Part shown: positions 25,846 through 38,612 of the stretch, piece by piece | How positions within the stretch are numbered: position 1 is the stretch's first letter | Layout: every line of letters starts with the position of its first letter | Assembly: GCF_006345805.1 (NCBI RefSeq) | Contig: NC_042998.1 | Location: 26,784,001 to 26,848,000 of the forward strand | Direction of reading: 5' to 3' | DNA from: Octopus sinensis | Lineage: Eukaryota | DNA length: 64,000 nucleotides | Position numbers and translations under genes: made by a program | The notes under the pieces: model-generated | The model's input: the letters and a program-made list of their open reading frames with translations, nothing else | Told to the model about the DNA's origin: nothing | Database searches by the model: none

Positions 25846-26401
25846 TGCCACCACTTGATATCCTGTGTTGGTTTGTTTACATCAGCCGTAACTTAACAGT
25901 TCAACAAAAAAGATAAAATAGGAATCAAGCCTTAAAAAATAAGTACTGGGGTTGATTTATTTGAGGTGGTGCTCCAGCATGGCTACAGTCCAAGGACTGA
26001 AACAAGTGAATGGTAAGAGGTCAAAACAACAGCTCAACCAATAGCAAATTCCTTCTTTCATCAAATCCATTTTATAGAAATACCACTTTGTGACAAACCA
26101 AGCCAGAGTCATTTGATACCATTTGAGGAGGGGCTTTAGATTATAAGAATGATACTTTAATATGTGTGCTACAAAAATTTAATCCCAACAAGGTTAAAGA
26201 ACCAATATCCATAAGTCTGGTATCAAATGACATGCAAAAATAAACATAGGCCAAGCCTAGATTACACATCAATTTATTAATAGTGAATGATGTCTAAAAA
26301 GCAAAATTCCCACTCTATCATCGTATTCAAACATTGGTTTAATGCATTGCAGATCCAAAAAAGAAAAAAAATTAATTAGGTGACATTCGTTAAATTTTAT
26401 T

Positions 26402-26435
<34 letters not shown>

Positions 26436-26440
26436 TTTAT

Positions 26441-29290
26441 TAATCAATATAGGGTGGCAAAAAAATTTTGTAGAATTCTTTTTGCCACCAGCGGCCTAGT
26501 GGGAAAAAATTAAATAGTCATAGACCATTTTTAAGTTCAACATCAACAATCAAGGAACGGCCATGATAGGCCATTCACCCACTAGAAATAACAGCCAAAG
26601 CTTCAACCGCAAATAAAGATTAATTCCGTAAACAGGAGAAAATTTAAAAAACATTTACCCTGTAATTTCTTGTACGATGCACCGTTTCATCTGCTGTTTA
26701 ATGGTAAACTAACCTGATTAAATTAAATCAAGCCAATCTTCCATAGGCCCTCAGATTCTTCAGCAAGAAATAGCCAAGTCGGAACAGATATTTTCACGAG
26801 GCATTTCAGACCCTGCCAAGTAATATCTGACCTAAAATTTTCAAATCGTCGCACTCGCGCCAAATTTATCGGCAGCAAATAAATATAAGCCGTCGATTCC
26901 ATTACGGAATTAACCAGAAAATTCATAATTAATCAATATAGGGTGGCAAAAAAATTTTGTAGAATTCTTTTTGCCACCAGCGGCCTAGTGGGAAAAAATT
27001 AAATAGTCATAGACCATTTTTAAGTTCAACATCAACAATCAAGGAACGGCCATGATAGGCCATTCACCCACTAGAAATAACAGCCAAAGCTTCAACCGCA
27101 AATAAAGATTAATTCCGTAAACAGGAGAAAATTTAAAAAACATTTACCCTGTAATTTCTTGTACGATGCACCGTTTCATCTGCTGTTTAATGGTAAACTA
27201 ACCTGATTAAATTAAATCAAGCCAATCTTCCATAGGCCCTCAGATTCTTCAGCAAGAAATAGCCAAGTCGGAACAGATATTTTCACGAGGCATTTCAGAC
27301 CCTGCCAAGGTAATATCTGACCTAAAATTTTCAAATCGTCGCACTCGCGCCAAATTTATCGGCAGCAAATAAATATAAGCCGTCGATTCCATTACGGAAT
27401 TAACCAGAAAATTCATAATTAATCAATATAGGGTGGCAAAAAAATTTTGTAGAATTCTTTTTGCCACCAGCGGCTAGTGGGAAAAAATTAAATAGTCATA
27501 GACCATTTTTAAGTTCAACATCAACAATCAAGGAACGGCCATGATAGGCCATTCACCCACTAGAAATAACAGCCAAAGCTTCAACCGCAAATAAAGATTA
27601 TTCCGTAAACAGGAGAAAATTTTAAAAAACATTTACCCTGTAATTTCTTGTACGATGCACCGTTTCATCTGCTGTTTAATGGTAAACTAACCTGATTAAA
27701 TAAATCAAGCCAATCTTCCATAGGCCCTCAGATTCTTCAGCAAGAAATAGCCAAGTCGGAACAGATATTTTCACGAGGCATTTCAGACCTGCCAAGGTAA
27801 TATCTGACCTAAAATTTTCAAATCGTCGCACTCGCGCCAAATTTATCGGCAGCAAATAAATATAAGCCGTCGATTCCATTACGGAATTAACCAGAAAATT
27901 CATAATTAATCAATATAGGGTGGCAAAAAAATTTTGTAGAATTCTTTTTGCCACCAGCGGCCTAGTGGGAAAAAATTAAATAGTCATAGACCATTTTTAA
28001 GTTCAACATCAACAATCAAGGAACGGCCATGATAGGCCATTCACCACTAGAAATAACAGCCAAAGCTTCAACCGCAAATAAAGATTATTCCGTAAACAGG
28101 AGAAAATTTAAAAAACATTACCCTGTAATTTCTTGTACGATGCACCGTTTCATCTGCTGTTTAATGGTAAACTAACCTGATTAAATTAAATCAAGCCAAT
28201 CTTCCATAGGCCCTCAGATTCTTCAGCAAGAAATAGCCAAGTCGGAACAGATATTTTCACGAGGCATTTCAGACCCTGCCAAGGTAATATCTGACCTAAA
28301 ATTTTCAAATCGTCGCACTCGCGCCAAATTTATCGGCAGCAAATAAATATAAGCCGTCGATTCCATTACGGAATAACCAGAAAATTCATAATTAATCAAT
28401 ATAGGGTGGCAAAAAAATTTTGTAGAATTCTTTTTGCCACCAGCGGCCTAGTGGGAAAAAATTAAATAGTCATAGACCATTTTTAAGTTCAACATCGACA
28501 ATCAAGGAACGGCCATGATAGGCCATTCACCCACTAGAAATAACAGCCAAAGCTTCAACCGCAAATAAAGATTAATTCCGTAAACAGGAGAAAATTTAAA
28601 AAATTTAAAAAATTTAAAAAAATTTAAAAAATTTAAAAAATTTTAAAAAATTTTAAAAATTTTAAAAAATTTTAAAAATTACAGGGTAAATGTTTTTTAA
28701 ATTTTCTCCTGTTTACGGAATTAATCTTTATTTGCGGTTGAAGCTTTGGCTGTTATTTCTAGTGGGTGAATGGCCTATCATGGCCGTTCCTTGATTGTTG
28801 ATGTTGAACTTAAAAATGGTCTATGACTATTTAATTTTTTCCCACTAGGCCGCTGGTGGCAAAAGAATTCTACAAAATTTTTTTGCCACCCTATATTGAT
28901 TAATTATGAATTTTCTGGTTAATTCCGTAATGGAATCGACGGCTTATATTTATTGCTGCCGATAAATTTGGCGCGAGTGCGACGATTTGAAAATTTTAGG
29001 TCAGATATTACCTTGGCAGGGTCTGAAATGCCTCGTGAAAATATCTGTTCCGACTTGGCTATTTCTTGCTGAAGAATCTGAGGGCCTATGGAAGATTGGC
29101 TTGATTTAATTTAATCAGGTTAGTTTACCATTAAACAGCAGATGAAACGGTGCATCGTACAAGAAATTACAGGGTAAATGTTTTTTAAATTTTCTCCTGT
29201 TTACGGAATTAATCTTTATTTGCGGTTGAAGCTTTGGCTGTTATTTCTAGTGGGTGAATGGTCTATCATGGCCGTTCCTTGATTGTTGAT
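26441..29290. repeat. ~489-bp tandem array (about 4.4 copies) + slipped hinge + inverted about 1.25 copies
   Basis: unit starts at 26441, 26930, 27420, 27907, 28393; hinge about 28594-28680; reverse-complement arm 28677-29290. Confidence 0.95.
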
Positions 29291-29372
29291 ATATATATAT
29301 ATATATATATATAATATAATATATATATATATGTATGTATGTATGTATGTATATATATATATATATGTATGT

Positions 29373-30392
29373 ACCAAGTTAGTAGCGGAGGTGGATGCAC
29401 AGAGAGTATCACCACTAGAATACGAATAGCCTGGGTAAAGTTCAGAAAGCTCCTACCCCTACTGGCGAAAAAGGGTCTCTCCCTCAGAGCGAAAGGTAGA
29501 CTGTATGATGCATGTGTGCGAACTGCCATGCTTCACGGTAATGAAACATGGGCTATGACTGCAGAGGACATGCGTAGACTTGAAAGAAATGAAGCTAGCA
29601 TGATCCGCTGGATGTGTAATGTTAGTGTGCACGCACGACAGAGTGTAAGCATCCTGAGAGAAATGCTGGATATAAGAAGCATCAGATGTGGTGTGCAAGA
29701 GCGACGCTTGCGATGGTATGGTCATGTGCTGCGGATGGATGAGGAGAGATGTGTGAAGAAGTGCCACTCCCAAACAGTTGAAGGTATCAGGGGGAGAGGT
29801 AGACCCAGGAAGACATGGGATGAGGCAGTCAAGCTTGACCTCAGAGCGTTGGGCCTCACCGAGGCAATGGCGAAGGACCGAGATCTCTGGAGATATGCTG
29901 TGACTGCAAAGACCCAGGCTGCTTCCTGCATCAGTTCCGCATAGCCCCTGCCCATTCAAAGTACCCCGGATCCCAGATCGTCCTGCTGTGCTTGAGGAGA
30001 CCTGTTGAGTTGAATCAAGTACATGAACACTCCAAACACCCCTCCCCGCTGGTGCTCCCCTATATTTCTTCACCCCCCCCACATAAAAAGCACCATCCGA
30101 ACGTGGCCGATGCCAGCACCGCCCCGACTGGCTTCTGTGCAGGTGGCACATAAAAAGCACCAACCGACCGTGGCTATTGCCAGACCCCTCTGGCTCCTGT
30201 GCAGGTGGCACGTAAAAAGCACCCACTACACTCGCGGAGTGGTTGGCGTTAGGAAGGGCATCCAGCTGTAGAAACACTGCCAGACCAGACTGGAGCCTGG
30301 GGCAGCCCCTGGCTCCCCAGACCCCGGTCGAAACCGTCCAACCCGTGCTAGCGCGGAAAACGGACGTTAAATGATGATGATGATGATGATGA
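29373..30392 (+). mobile_element. 5'-truncated RTE LINE; ORF end open to 29944
   Basis: QVSSGGG...MLHGNETW...RRLRWYGHV...GRGRPRKTW; 3' UTR; (ATG)n tail; (TA)n on both sides. Confidence 0.93.
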
Positions 30393-30420
30393 TATATATA
30401 TATATATGTATGTATATATG

Positions 30421-30456
<36 letters not shown>

Positions 30457-30494
30457 TATATATGTATGTATATATATATATATAGATATATATG

Positions 30495-30533
<39 letters not shown>

Positions 30534-30559
30534 ATATATATAATATATATATATATGTA

Positions 30560-30603
<44 letters not shown>

Positions 30604-30627
30604 ATATATTATATATATGTATGTATG

Positions 30628-30691
<64 letters not shown>

Positions 30692-30749
30692 ATGTATGTA
30701 TATATATATATATTATATATATGTATGTATATATATATATATATATATA

Positions 30750-31112
30750 AATCGAAATCGAAATCGAATTGAACCAGCCAGGATCCCTGGTCTGGTGGTA
30801 CGTAAAAAGCACTATCCAACTCGTGGCCGATGCCAGCACCGCCTCGACTGGCTTCCGTGCCGGTGGCACATAAAATACACCAATCTGACCGTGGCCGTTG
30901 CCAGCCCCGCCTGCACCTGTGCAGGTGGCACGTAAAAAGCACCCACTACACTCACGGAGTCGTTGGCGTTAGGAAGGGCATCCAGCTGTAGAAACATTGC
31001 CAAATTAGACTGGAGCCTGGTGCAGCCTTCTGGCTGCCCAGAACCCCGGTCGAACCGTCCAACCCATGCTAGCATGGAGAACGGACGTTAAACGACGATG
31101 ATGATGATGATG
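30750..31112 (+). mobile_element. RTE 3' UTR fragment
   Basis: same 3' end and (GAT)n tail as 30040-30392. Confidence 0.88.
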
Positions 31113-31125
31113 ATATATATGTATG

Positions 31126-31175
<50 letters not shown>

Positions 31176-31188
31176 ATATATATGTATG

Positions 31189-31223
<35 letters not shown>

Positions 31224-31256
31224 TATATATATATATATATGTATGTATATATATTG

Positions 31257-31341
<85 letters not shown>

Positions 31342-31506
31342 ATGTATGTATGTATGTATGTATAATATATATATATATATAATATATATATATGTATGTA
31401 TGTATATATATATATATATATATAATATATATAGTATGTATATGTATGTATGTGTATATATATATATATATATATATAAATATATATATGTATATGTATG
31501 TATGTA

Positions 31507-31541
<35 letters not shown>

Positions 31542-31612
31542 TATGTATGTATGTATATATGTATGTGTATATATATATATATATAATATATATATATATG
31601 TATGTATGTATA

Positions 31613-31660
<48 letters not shown>

Positions 31661-31712
31661 ATGTATGTATGTTGTAATATATATATATATATATATTAGA
31701 TATATATATATA
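31113..31712. repeat. about 600-bp (TA)n/(TATG)n microsatellite
   Basis: direct reading. Confidence 0.97.
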
Positions 31713-31714
31713 TA

Positions 31715-32110
31715 GCAAGAAGTTGAGGTTATAAGAGATAATGGTGTCATTGAGACCCAAAGGTGTCAGGTAATGCTGAATAAGTGCTATAGACAGACCA
31801 TAGTTAAGTTCCAGATTCGGTAATATTGTGAATAAAGGGTTCAACGTTGGTTCTCTGTCAGTGTGTGTATATAAGAATTTTTTGCGTAATAAGATAAAAA
31901 ACCAAGGCTGTATAGATATTAGAACATTTATAGATAGAAGGTCTTACAGCTGTTTCTAGGATATTTATTAATAATATCCCTTCATCGGAGACGGTGTGAG
32001 AGGAAAGTTAAGTCATAGTTAGTTTAGATGTGATACAAAATAGAGAGTGAGGTGGAGGAAAGAAAATAGGTGTAAGATATGTATGAGTATTGAAGTTTAT
32101 GATGGTGAGG
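31715..32110 (-). mobile_element. Penelope-like remnant with a minimal hammerhead motif (about 31938-31993)
   Basis: minus: gtct-CCGATGA-agggatatt..aatatccta-GAAA-cagctg-TA-agac; palindromic stem III; U4C variant and an A-A mismatch at the base of stem II. Confidence 0.6.
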
Positions 32111-32504
32111 ATGATGTCCCCGAAAAGATAAAAGCAAAGTTAACCTCAGCAGAATTTGAACTCATAATGGAATGACAGGCAAAATAATGCTAAGTATTTC
32201 CTCCAGTGTGATAATGATTCTACCAGTTGAAGTTAAAAAGCTCCCTTCACAACTGAACCTAGAATCTCTGTATACATGTGTGTGTGTGTGTATGTGTGTT
32301 TCTCCCCCAACACTGCTTGACAACTGGTGTTGATGTGTTTACATCCCCATAACTTAGCGGTTTGGCAAAAGAGACTGATAGAATAAGTACCAGGCTAAAA
32401 AAAAAAAAGTAAGTACCGGGATCAATTCACTTCACTAAAAATTCTTCAAGGCAGTGCCCCAGTATGGCTGCAGTCTAATGACTGAAACAAGCAAATGATA
32501 GAAG

Positions 32505-32544
<40 letters not shown>

Positions 32545-32640
32545 TGATGATGATGATGATAATGATAATAATAATATAATAATAATAATAATGATAATAA
32601 TAATAATAATAATTATGATAATAATAATAATAATTATTAT

Positions 32641-32702
<62 letters not shown>

Positions 32703-33292
32703 TAATAATAATAATGATAATAATAATATAATAATAATCAATGCCCTAATGCACTGGCTCACATGGTTTTTTATCTTGAGTGGAAGTGTTATCATGCACA
32801 TTGTTTTGTCTTGGTATAAAAGATGGGCTACAGCAAATATTCTGCTCAATATCACAGATTTGCTTGTCAGTTGTTTGACCTTAACCAGTTGAGCATGTCC
32901 CTTAGTGGCTGATGGTATGTACATCTCTGATCACGAGCAGAAGTAGTGGGGGAGCATCATAGCCATGTGTTGAGAGGAATTTTTTGGGGTTTGGATAATT
33001 CACCTTCGGAAACATGGATGTTTCGTTCAACATCTTTAAACAATCCTTATTCAGGGACATTTTGAGTGGGATGGGCTGCTTGACCTGAAGAAAATTCTAA
33101 CTGGGCCTCAACTGCAAGGTCATGTGCTGTTTATCTTGATATGAAATCACCATGTCACACACATGGTTGTGAAGCATGTGCCTGGTATGCCCTCATCAGA
33201 CAGGTAGTCACGATGGGTATACTGGGCTTTGTATATTTTACCCCAGTGTTACTTTGATGGCATGCATTGCTCTCTCACTCAATAATAATAAT
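32505..33292 (+). mobile_element. (AAT)n tract (32505-32740) followed by a ~550-bp retroposon ending in an (AAT)n tail
   Basis: non-coding repeat-like body bracketed by AAT repeats; family not named. Confidence 0.6.
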
Positions 33293-34392
33293 CCTTTCTA
33301 CTATAAACACAAGGCCTGAAATTTGGGGGAGGGGGAGAGTCGATTACATCGACCTCAGTACTAAGCTGGTACTTAATTTATCAACCCTGAAAGGATGAAA
33401 GGCAAAGTCGACCTCAGCAGAATTTGAACTCAGAAACTAGCGACAGGCAAAATACTGCTAAGCATTTCGTCCAGAGTGCTAATGATTCTGCCAGCTTGCT
33501 GCCTTAATAATAATAATAATGATGATGATGATGATGATGATAACAATACAAATTTGGAGAGAAATAAATGTATGAAATGCAATCCATATTTTGGCTTTAA
33601 CAAGTCAATATTATGAAGTGACAAAATTTGAAATGACAAATAAACTATAAACAACACTACAACCATTTCTGCACTGTATATAGAGTAAGGCAAAGATGTG
33701 TGAGCTGGAATATTCAAAATACCACTTATAACGTGTTAGTAACTGAGAAGTTCATAACAATTCTTGAGCTTTGGTTGCAGACAACTAATAAACATTCTTC
33801 TTTAATACATAAATTATTGTTTCTCTCAATGGTCTTGTTAGCAATAACTATTGTACTTAGGTTGCTGTCAAAATGTCTTTTACCAATCAAGACTACCATA
33901 TTTATGGACTTCCTAATAAATATATTTAATGGCTAGATAGTGCTACCTATGGTGTAATTTGTTAAAATTCTTTGTGTTTGATTGACTATACTGTGAAAGA
34001 ACAAAAATATTTGTCAGCATTTCTAGATGGGCAATTTGCCAGTGTGTATAACCTGCAAGGGTTAAAGTTTCTTTGACTTTTGGACAAGTAGCATCTTAGA
34101 AATGACATCCAAGAAGAGATGCTTATTCAGTTCTTAGTGTATCCGGTCACCTCAGTGCAGGCAGATTCACTTTAGTGGGGTATCCTGAAGCAGCATGCCT
34201 TCTCGTTCCTTTCTCCCAACCATGTCTTTTGGCCCCATATTCAAATACAGGATATTTACTTCTTATCAGGAATATTTCTATATCCTTGATCGTATTTTCT
34301 GCTTCACAAGATATATTTTCAATATGATTTGTTTGGTTCATATACAAACATTTCCACACAAAGTAGCAAGGTTGATTTGAATTGAGCAGACA

Positions 34393-34620
34393 TTAACCCT
34401 TTATCATTCAAACCGGCCATATCTGGCCAAAATATTTAACCTGTTTTATATTGAAACTGACCAGATCTCGCCTCTCACCTCAGCCCTACCATGTCATTCT
34501 AAAACTAAAAAATCACATCACTGAAATCTCTAAACTACAAGATAATGCATGATTAATTCAAACCATTTTAAATAAACAAACATCACATTTAACAGAATAA
34601 TCTGAACACTAAAGGATTAA
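34393..34620. mobile_element. piggyBac-like MITE (family 1)
   Basis: ttaacccttt...aaaggattaa; homologous to 27-237. Confidence 0.7.
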
Positions 34621-35460
34621 TGAATAAATTGGTTTTGTTTTTCAGCTGGAAATCAAAGAGCTCTGAATCAGGTGAATCTTTGAACCTTAAAAAAAAACAT
34701 GTGTTTCTGTACTATAAAATATTTAAGGTATTTCATACTGCTTTTGAAAAGGATGTAACTATGAGAACATCCACCACATATCTTCCAGAGCAGGAATGGG
34801 AGTGACACAACTAAGTATTTGGAATTTGATCTTATTCATATTCAGAATCACTAATAACCTGGATAAGTACAAGCCTATAAGTAAACCTGCAACCTATTTC
34901 ATTATACACATGTCAAACAGGAAGTGTTACACGCAATTACAGCCAGTAATTGATGTGTAACAATGAAGTGAGATCATGGCAGTCCACATTCCTAGAAAAG
35001 GCATTAATCCAGCAGAATATTCCCAGAAATTGAGCTGCTTCAAAGAAATGATTCAAGTCAAAATCACATTGATTACACCTCACAGCAGCTAGTTTTAATT
35101 TATGGAACCTTATGATTTTAATGAAGCCTTTTTTTGTGCATTATATATCTACAATCCCATTGAAATTATTTCACATTGCTTACGATTTACTTTCAGTTTC
35201 AAAACTCTCAGTTCACGGTAAAGAGGACTAATAGTTCAATTAATGACTTTTCAGATGATGTAAAACGTGCCACCATTATATACTAAGAAGATATTTTAAT
35301 TAATTTTTGTTTTTTATGTGTGCATGGTAGTCTCATTTTCATAAAATGTGCTCAGCAGTCTATGCTATGTAAGTACAAATCCCAGCACTTTGTGGGTTAA
35401 TGATAACCAAGTTATTTTACAGAGGAAATATTGAACTCATTTATTTTCTCTGGGTTTACA

Positions 35461-35919
35461 TAGTTACCATATTTCTGTTGAGGTGCTCTGTGTTTCTTTC
35501 AATGAATTTTAAATATTACAAAGAATTTAGTAAAATAACTTAGTTATCATTAAGCTAGTGTTAGGAACGTAAATTGTGACTAAGGTTTGGTGGAAGATTT
35601 TAATTCAGAACTTTTGAAAACAAGATATACTACAGAGTCTGAAGTAGTTTCAGCCAGGTTGGTATCGAAAGGGTTAAATTAATCATTTGTTAACCCTTTT
35701 GTTATCATATTTCTGTTGAGATGCTCTATATTTCTTTCAGTTAATTTTAAATATAACAAAGAATTTAGTAAAATAACTTAGTTATCATTAAGCTAGTGTT
35801 AGGGACATATATTGTGACAAAGGTTTGATGGAAGATTTTAATTCAAAACTTATGAAAACAAGACATTTGTACTACAGAGCCAAAGGCAGTTTCAGCAAGG
35901 TTCATATCAAAAGGGTTAA
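35461..35919. mobile_element. two adjacent piggyBac-like MITEs (family 2)
   Basis: 35461-35677 (5' TIR lost) and 35690-35919 (ttaaccctttt...aaaagggttaa), mutually similar. Confidence 0.7.
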
Positions 35920-35934
35920 TTGACTCCTTATTTA

Positions 35935-36210
35935 TAATCATCATCATCAGCGCTGTTTAACATCTGCTTTCCATGCTGGCATGGGCTGGACAGTTTGATT
36001 GAGGGCTGGTGAGCCAGAAGGCTGCACTGGACTCCAATCCGATCTGGCAATGTTCCTACAGCTGGATGCCATTCCTAACGCCAACCACTCCGTGAGTGTA
36101 GTGGGTGCTTTTTACGTGCCACCAGCATGAGGGCCCGTCAGATGGTACTGGCAGTGGCCATGCTTGAATGATGCTTTTTACATGACTCCAGCATGGGAGC
36201 CAGTCAGGTA
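35935..36210 (-). mobile_element. RTE 3' end
   Basis: (CAT)n tail and family motifs. Confidence 0.8.
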
Positions 36211-36806
36211 CAGGCCCTCATCCCTATCACAGGAAGTGGTTCAAAGTTTTCCTGACCCTCTTGGGCTGATAGAGAGATGCACCCACTGATACCTCCAGTG
36301 TAGTGTGCATGTGGCTCTGGACATCTAACAGCATCACAGATCTGTTATCACTCCACCTCATGCAGCTTTCTGCCACTTATCCCTCTTAGAAAACAAAGAA
36401 ACATCAGATAATGTGGCTACAGATGCACTACCTAGGAAAAAGACAGGATGGTCTCAGTACTGGAATGCACTTGATCATAGGTCTGTTTGATTAAACCTAG
36501 GGCTAATAACAACAATACCAACAAGACAAGACTATAAATAAATTCTATTTATTTAGAAAATTTACTCAATGATAATTACACAGAGTTAATGTCAATCTGA
36601 AATTAGAGGAAATTCATATTTTTGCTCTTAACAATAATGAAACAGCTTGTGGAAAATATTCTTGAGAAATATTGTAACCTAACATTATAAAGTAAATAGG
36701 TTTCATATCAGGAAAGACATGAAAATAATAGGATTGACTGAATTCATAATATATTGACTGATTTCAAATAAAAAACAGAATAGGACATCATGTTACTGTG
36801 TTATAG

Positions 36807-36890
36807 CTGCTTGACGACTGTTCATGTTCATTCATATCGTTATGAATACAAGCCTCATATATGTCGAGCTGTACAATCAATTGTCCAACG
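36807..36890 (+). CDS. candidate internal exon of an unidentified host gene
   Basis: gtgttatag|...|gtatgc; 84 bp, symmetric phase 2-2; open frame CLTTVHVHSYRYEYKPHICRAVQSIVQR; A/T-biased third positions; retained CpGs, two in Arg codons; no homologue recognised. Confidence 0.38.
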
Positions 36891-37508
36891 GTATGCAAAT
36901 TTCCTAATTAGATTTTTACAAGAGCACAAATACTAGCATAGAAAAATGAATCTAAAGCAGTGAAAACGACAACCAGGATTAAGAGTGTCAAATATTGATT
37001 GAAAGATAAAACTATGCTGCTAAGCTAAATAAAATTAAAGATTACAAAAAAATGTGGTGACCATATAGGAAAATGATACAATGTTATCAAACCCACAACT
37101 ACAAATCAAAATACAGAAATTTCATATGTTAGTTTAGAAATTTCAGCTGTCATATGAAAAGGAGCTCTATTGAAGAAAATACTGGGAAGAAAACAAAAAA
37201 ACAAAACCATATTAAAAATGAAACTTGCATTAATCATTTTCTTTGTATTTTAATAGTGGTTTGCTATGATAAATGCATATACATATAGTTCTAATTAATA
37301 TTATATTTGCAAAGGTAAAAAAAAAAAAAATAGTTTTGTATGTTTTTCTGTTTTTATTACAACAAAAAAAAAATTATCATAATTTGTATCATCATAAATT
37401 ATGTCTCGTTTATCAATGAGAAAATATCGAGTTTAAGTTAGAAACATTATCTAATGACATAACTCATTGAGAGAGACATATACTACTAATGATGTTATAA
37501 ATCTCTGA

Positions 37509-38612
37509 TATCTATTTCTTTATTTCCCTCGGCACAATGGCTAACTTTTGTAGGAGATAGGAATGGTTGATAAAAATTAACTCTAGCATTTTACAAAACA
37601 CTCCTTTTCTTGACTCTAGAGAAATGAAAATGCCAAGATGATTTTGGCAGGATTTGAAACAAGAACACAGAGGGATAAATCCAAGTGCTGTAGTAAGGCA
37701 TTTTATTCCAGCCTGTTACTCTACCATTTCTACTAAATCACTAATATTGATTTCAAATTCTGGTACAAGGCCAGCAATTTTGGGGGAAGGGCCAACTCAA
37801 TTAAATCGACACCAGTACTCAACTGGTACTTATTTAATCAATCACAGAAGGATGAAAGTCAACCTCGGAGGAATTTGAACTCACAACACAAAGACAGACG
37901 AAATGCTGCTAAGCATTTTGCCCAGTGTGCTAATGATCCTTTCTACTCTAGGCACAAGGCCGAAAATTTTGGAGGAGGGGTGCCAGTCGATTAGATCAAC
38001 CCCAGTACATAACTGGTACTTAATTTATCGACCCCGAAAGTATGAAAGGCAAAGTCAACCTTGGTGGAATTTGAACTCAGAACATAAAAAAACCAGGCTT
38101 TACTCTCAACTCATCTTTTGCATTTTGCTATGCATTATTTCTCACAAGCACCACAGATAATGGTTCCAAATTTTGGCACAAGGCCAGCAAATTGAGGGGA
38201 TGGCACAAGGTAATTACATCAATCTCAGTGTTTAACTGGTACTTATTTTATTGACCCTGAAAGGATGAAAGGCAAAGTCAAGCTCGGCAGAATTTGAACT
38301 CAGAACAGGATCATAGAATATACTATCACTTAATATTGGTTTAAAATTCTGGTATCTATTTCTTTATTTCCCTCGGCACAATGGCTAACTTTTGTAGGAG
38401 ATAGGAATGGTTGATAAAAATTAACTCTAGCATTTTACAGACACTCCTTTTCTTGACTCTAGAGAAATGAAATGCCAAGATAATTTTAAACAAGAACACA
38501 GAGGGATAAATCCAAGTGCTGTAGTAAGGCCTGTTACTCTACCGTTTCTACTAAATCACTAATATTGATTTCAAATTCTGGTACAAGGCCAGCAATTTTG
38601 GGGGAAGGGCCA
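37509..38612 (+). repeat. direct duplication 37509-37794 / 38353-38612 around a SINE B cluster
   Basis: unique ~240 bp plus SINE start copied; second copy has two short deletions. Confidence 0.9.

Noticed and set aside
26452-26505. Hairpin + CTAG as a canonical Helitron 3' end, making the array a Helitron concatemer
   Set aside because: Head-to-tail Helitron junctions should read CTAG|TC but here read CTAG|TG, and the array does not start or end at that site; kept only as a loose possibility
26723-27903. ORFs of 67-75 aa within the 489-bp units
   Set aside because: Frames change between copies through single-base indels; no recognisable domain
29459-30277. 272-aa minus-strand ORF
   Set aside because: Antisense shadow of the RTE ORF end and its GC-rich 3' UTR
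34147-34359. 70-aa minus-strand ORF with plausible composition
   Set aside because: Non-ATG start, no acceptor upstream (abuts a MITE), weak donor, no recognised homology
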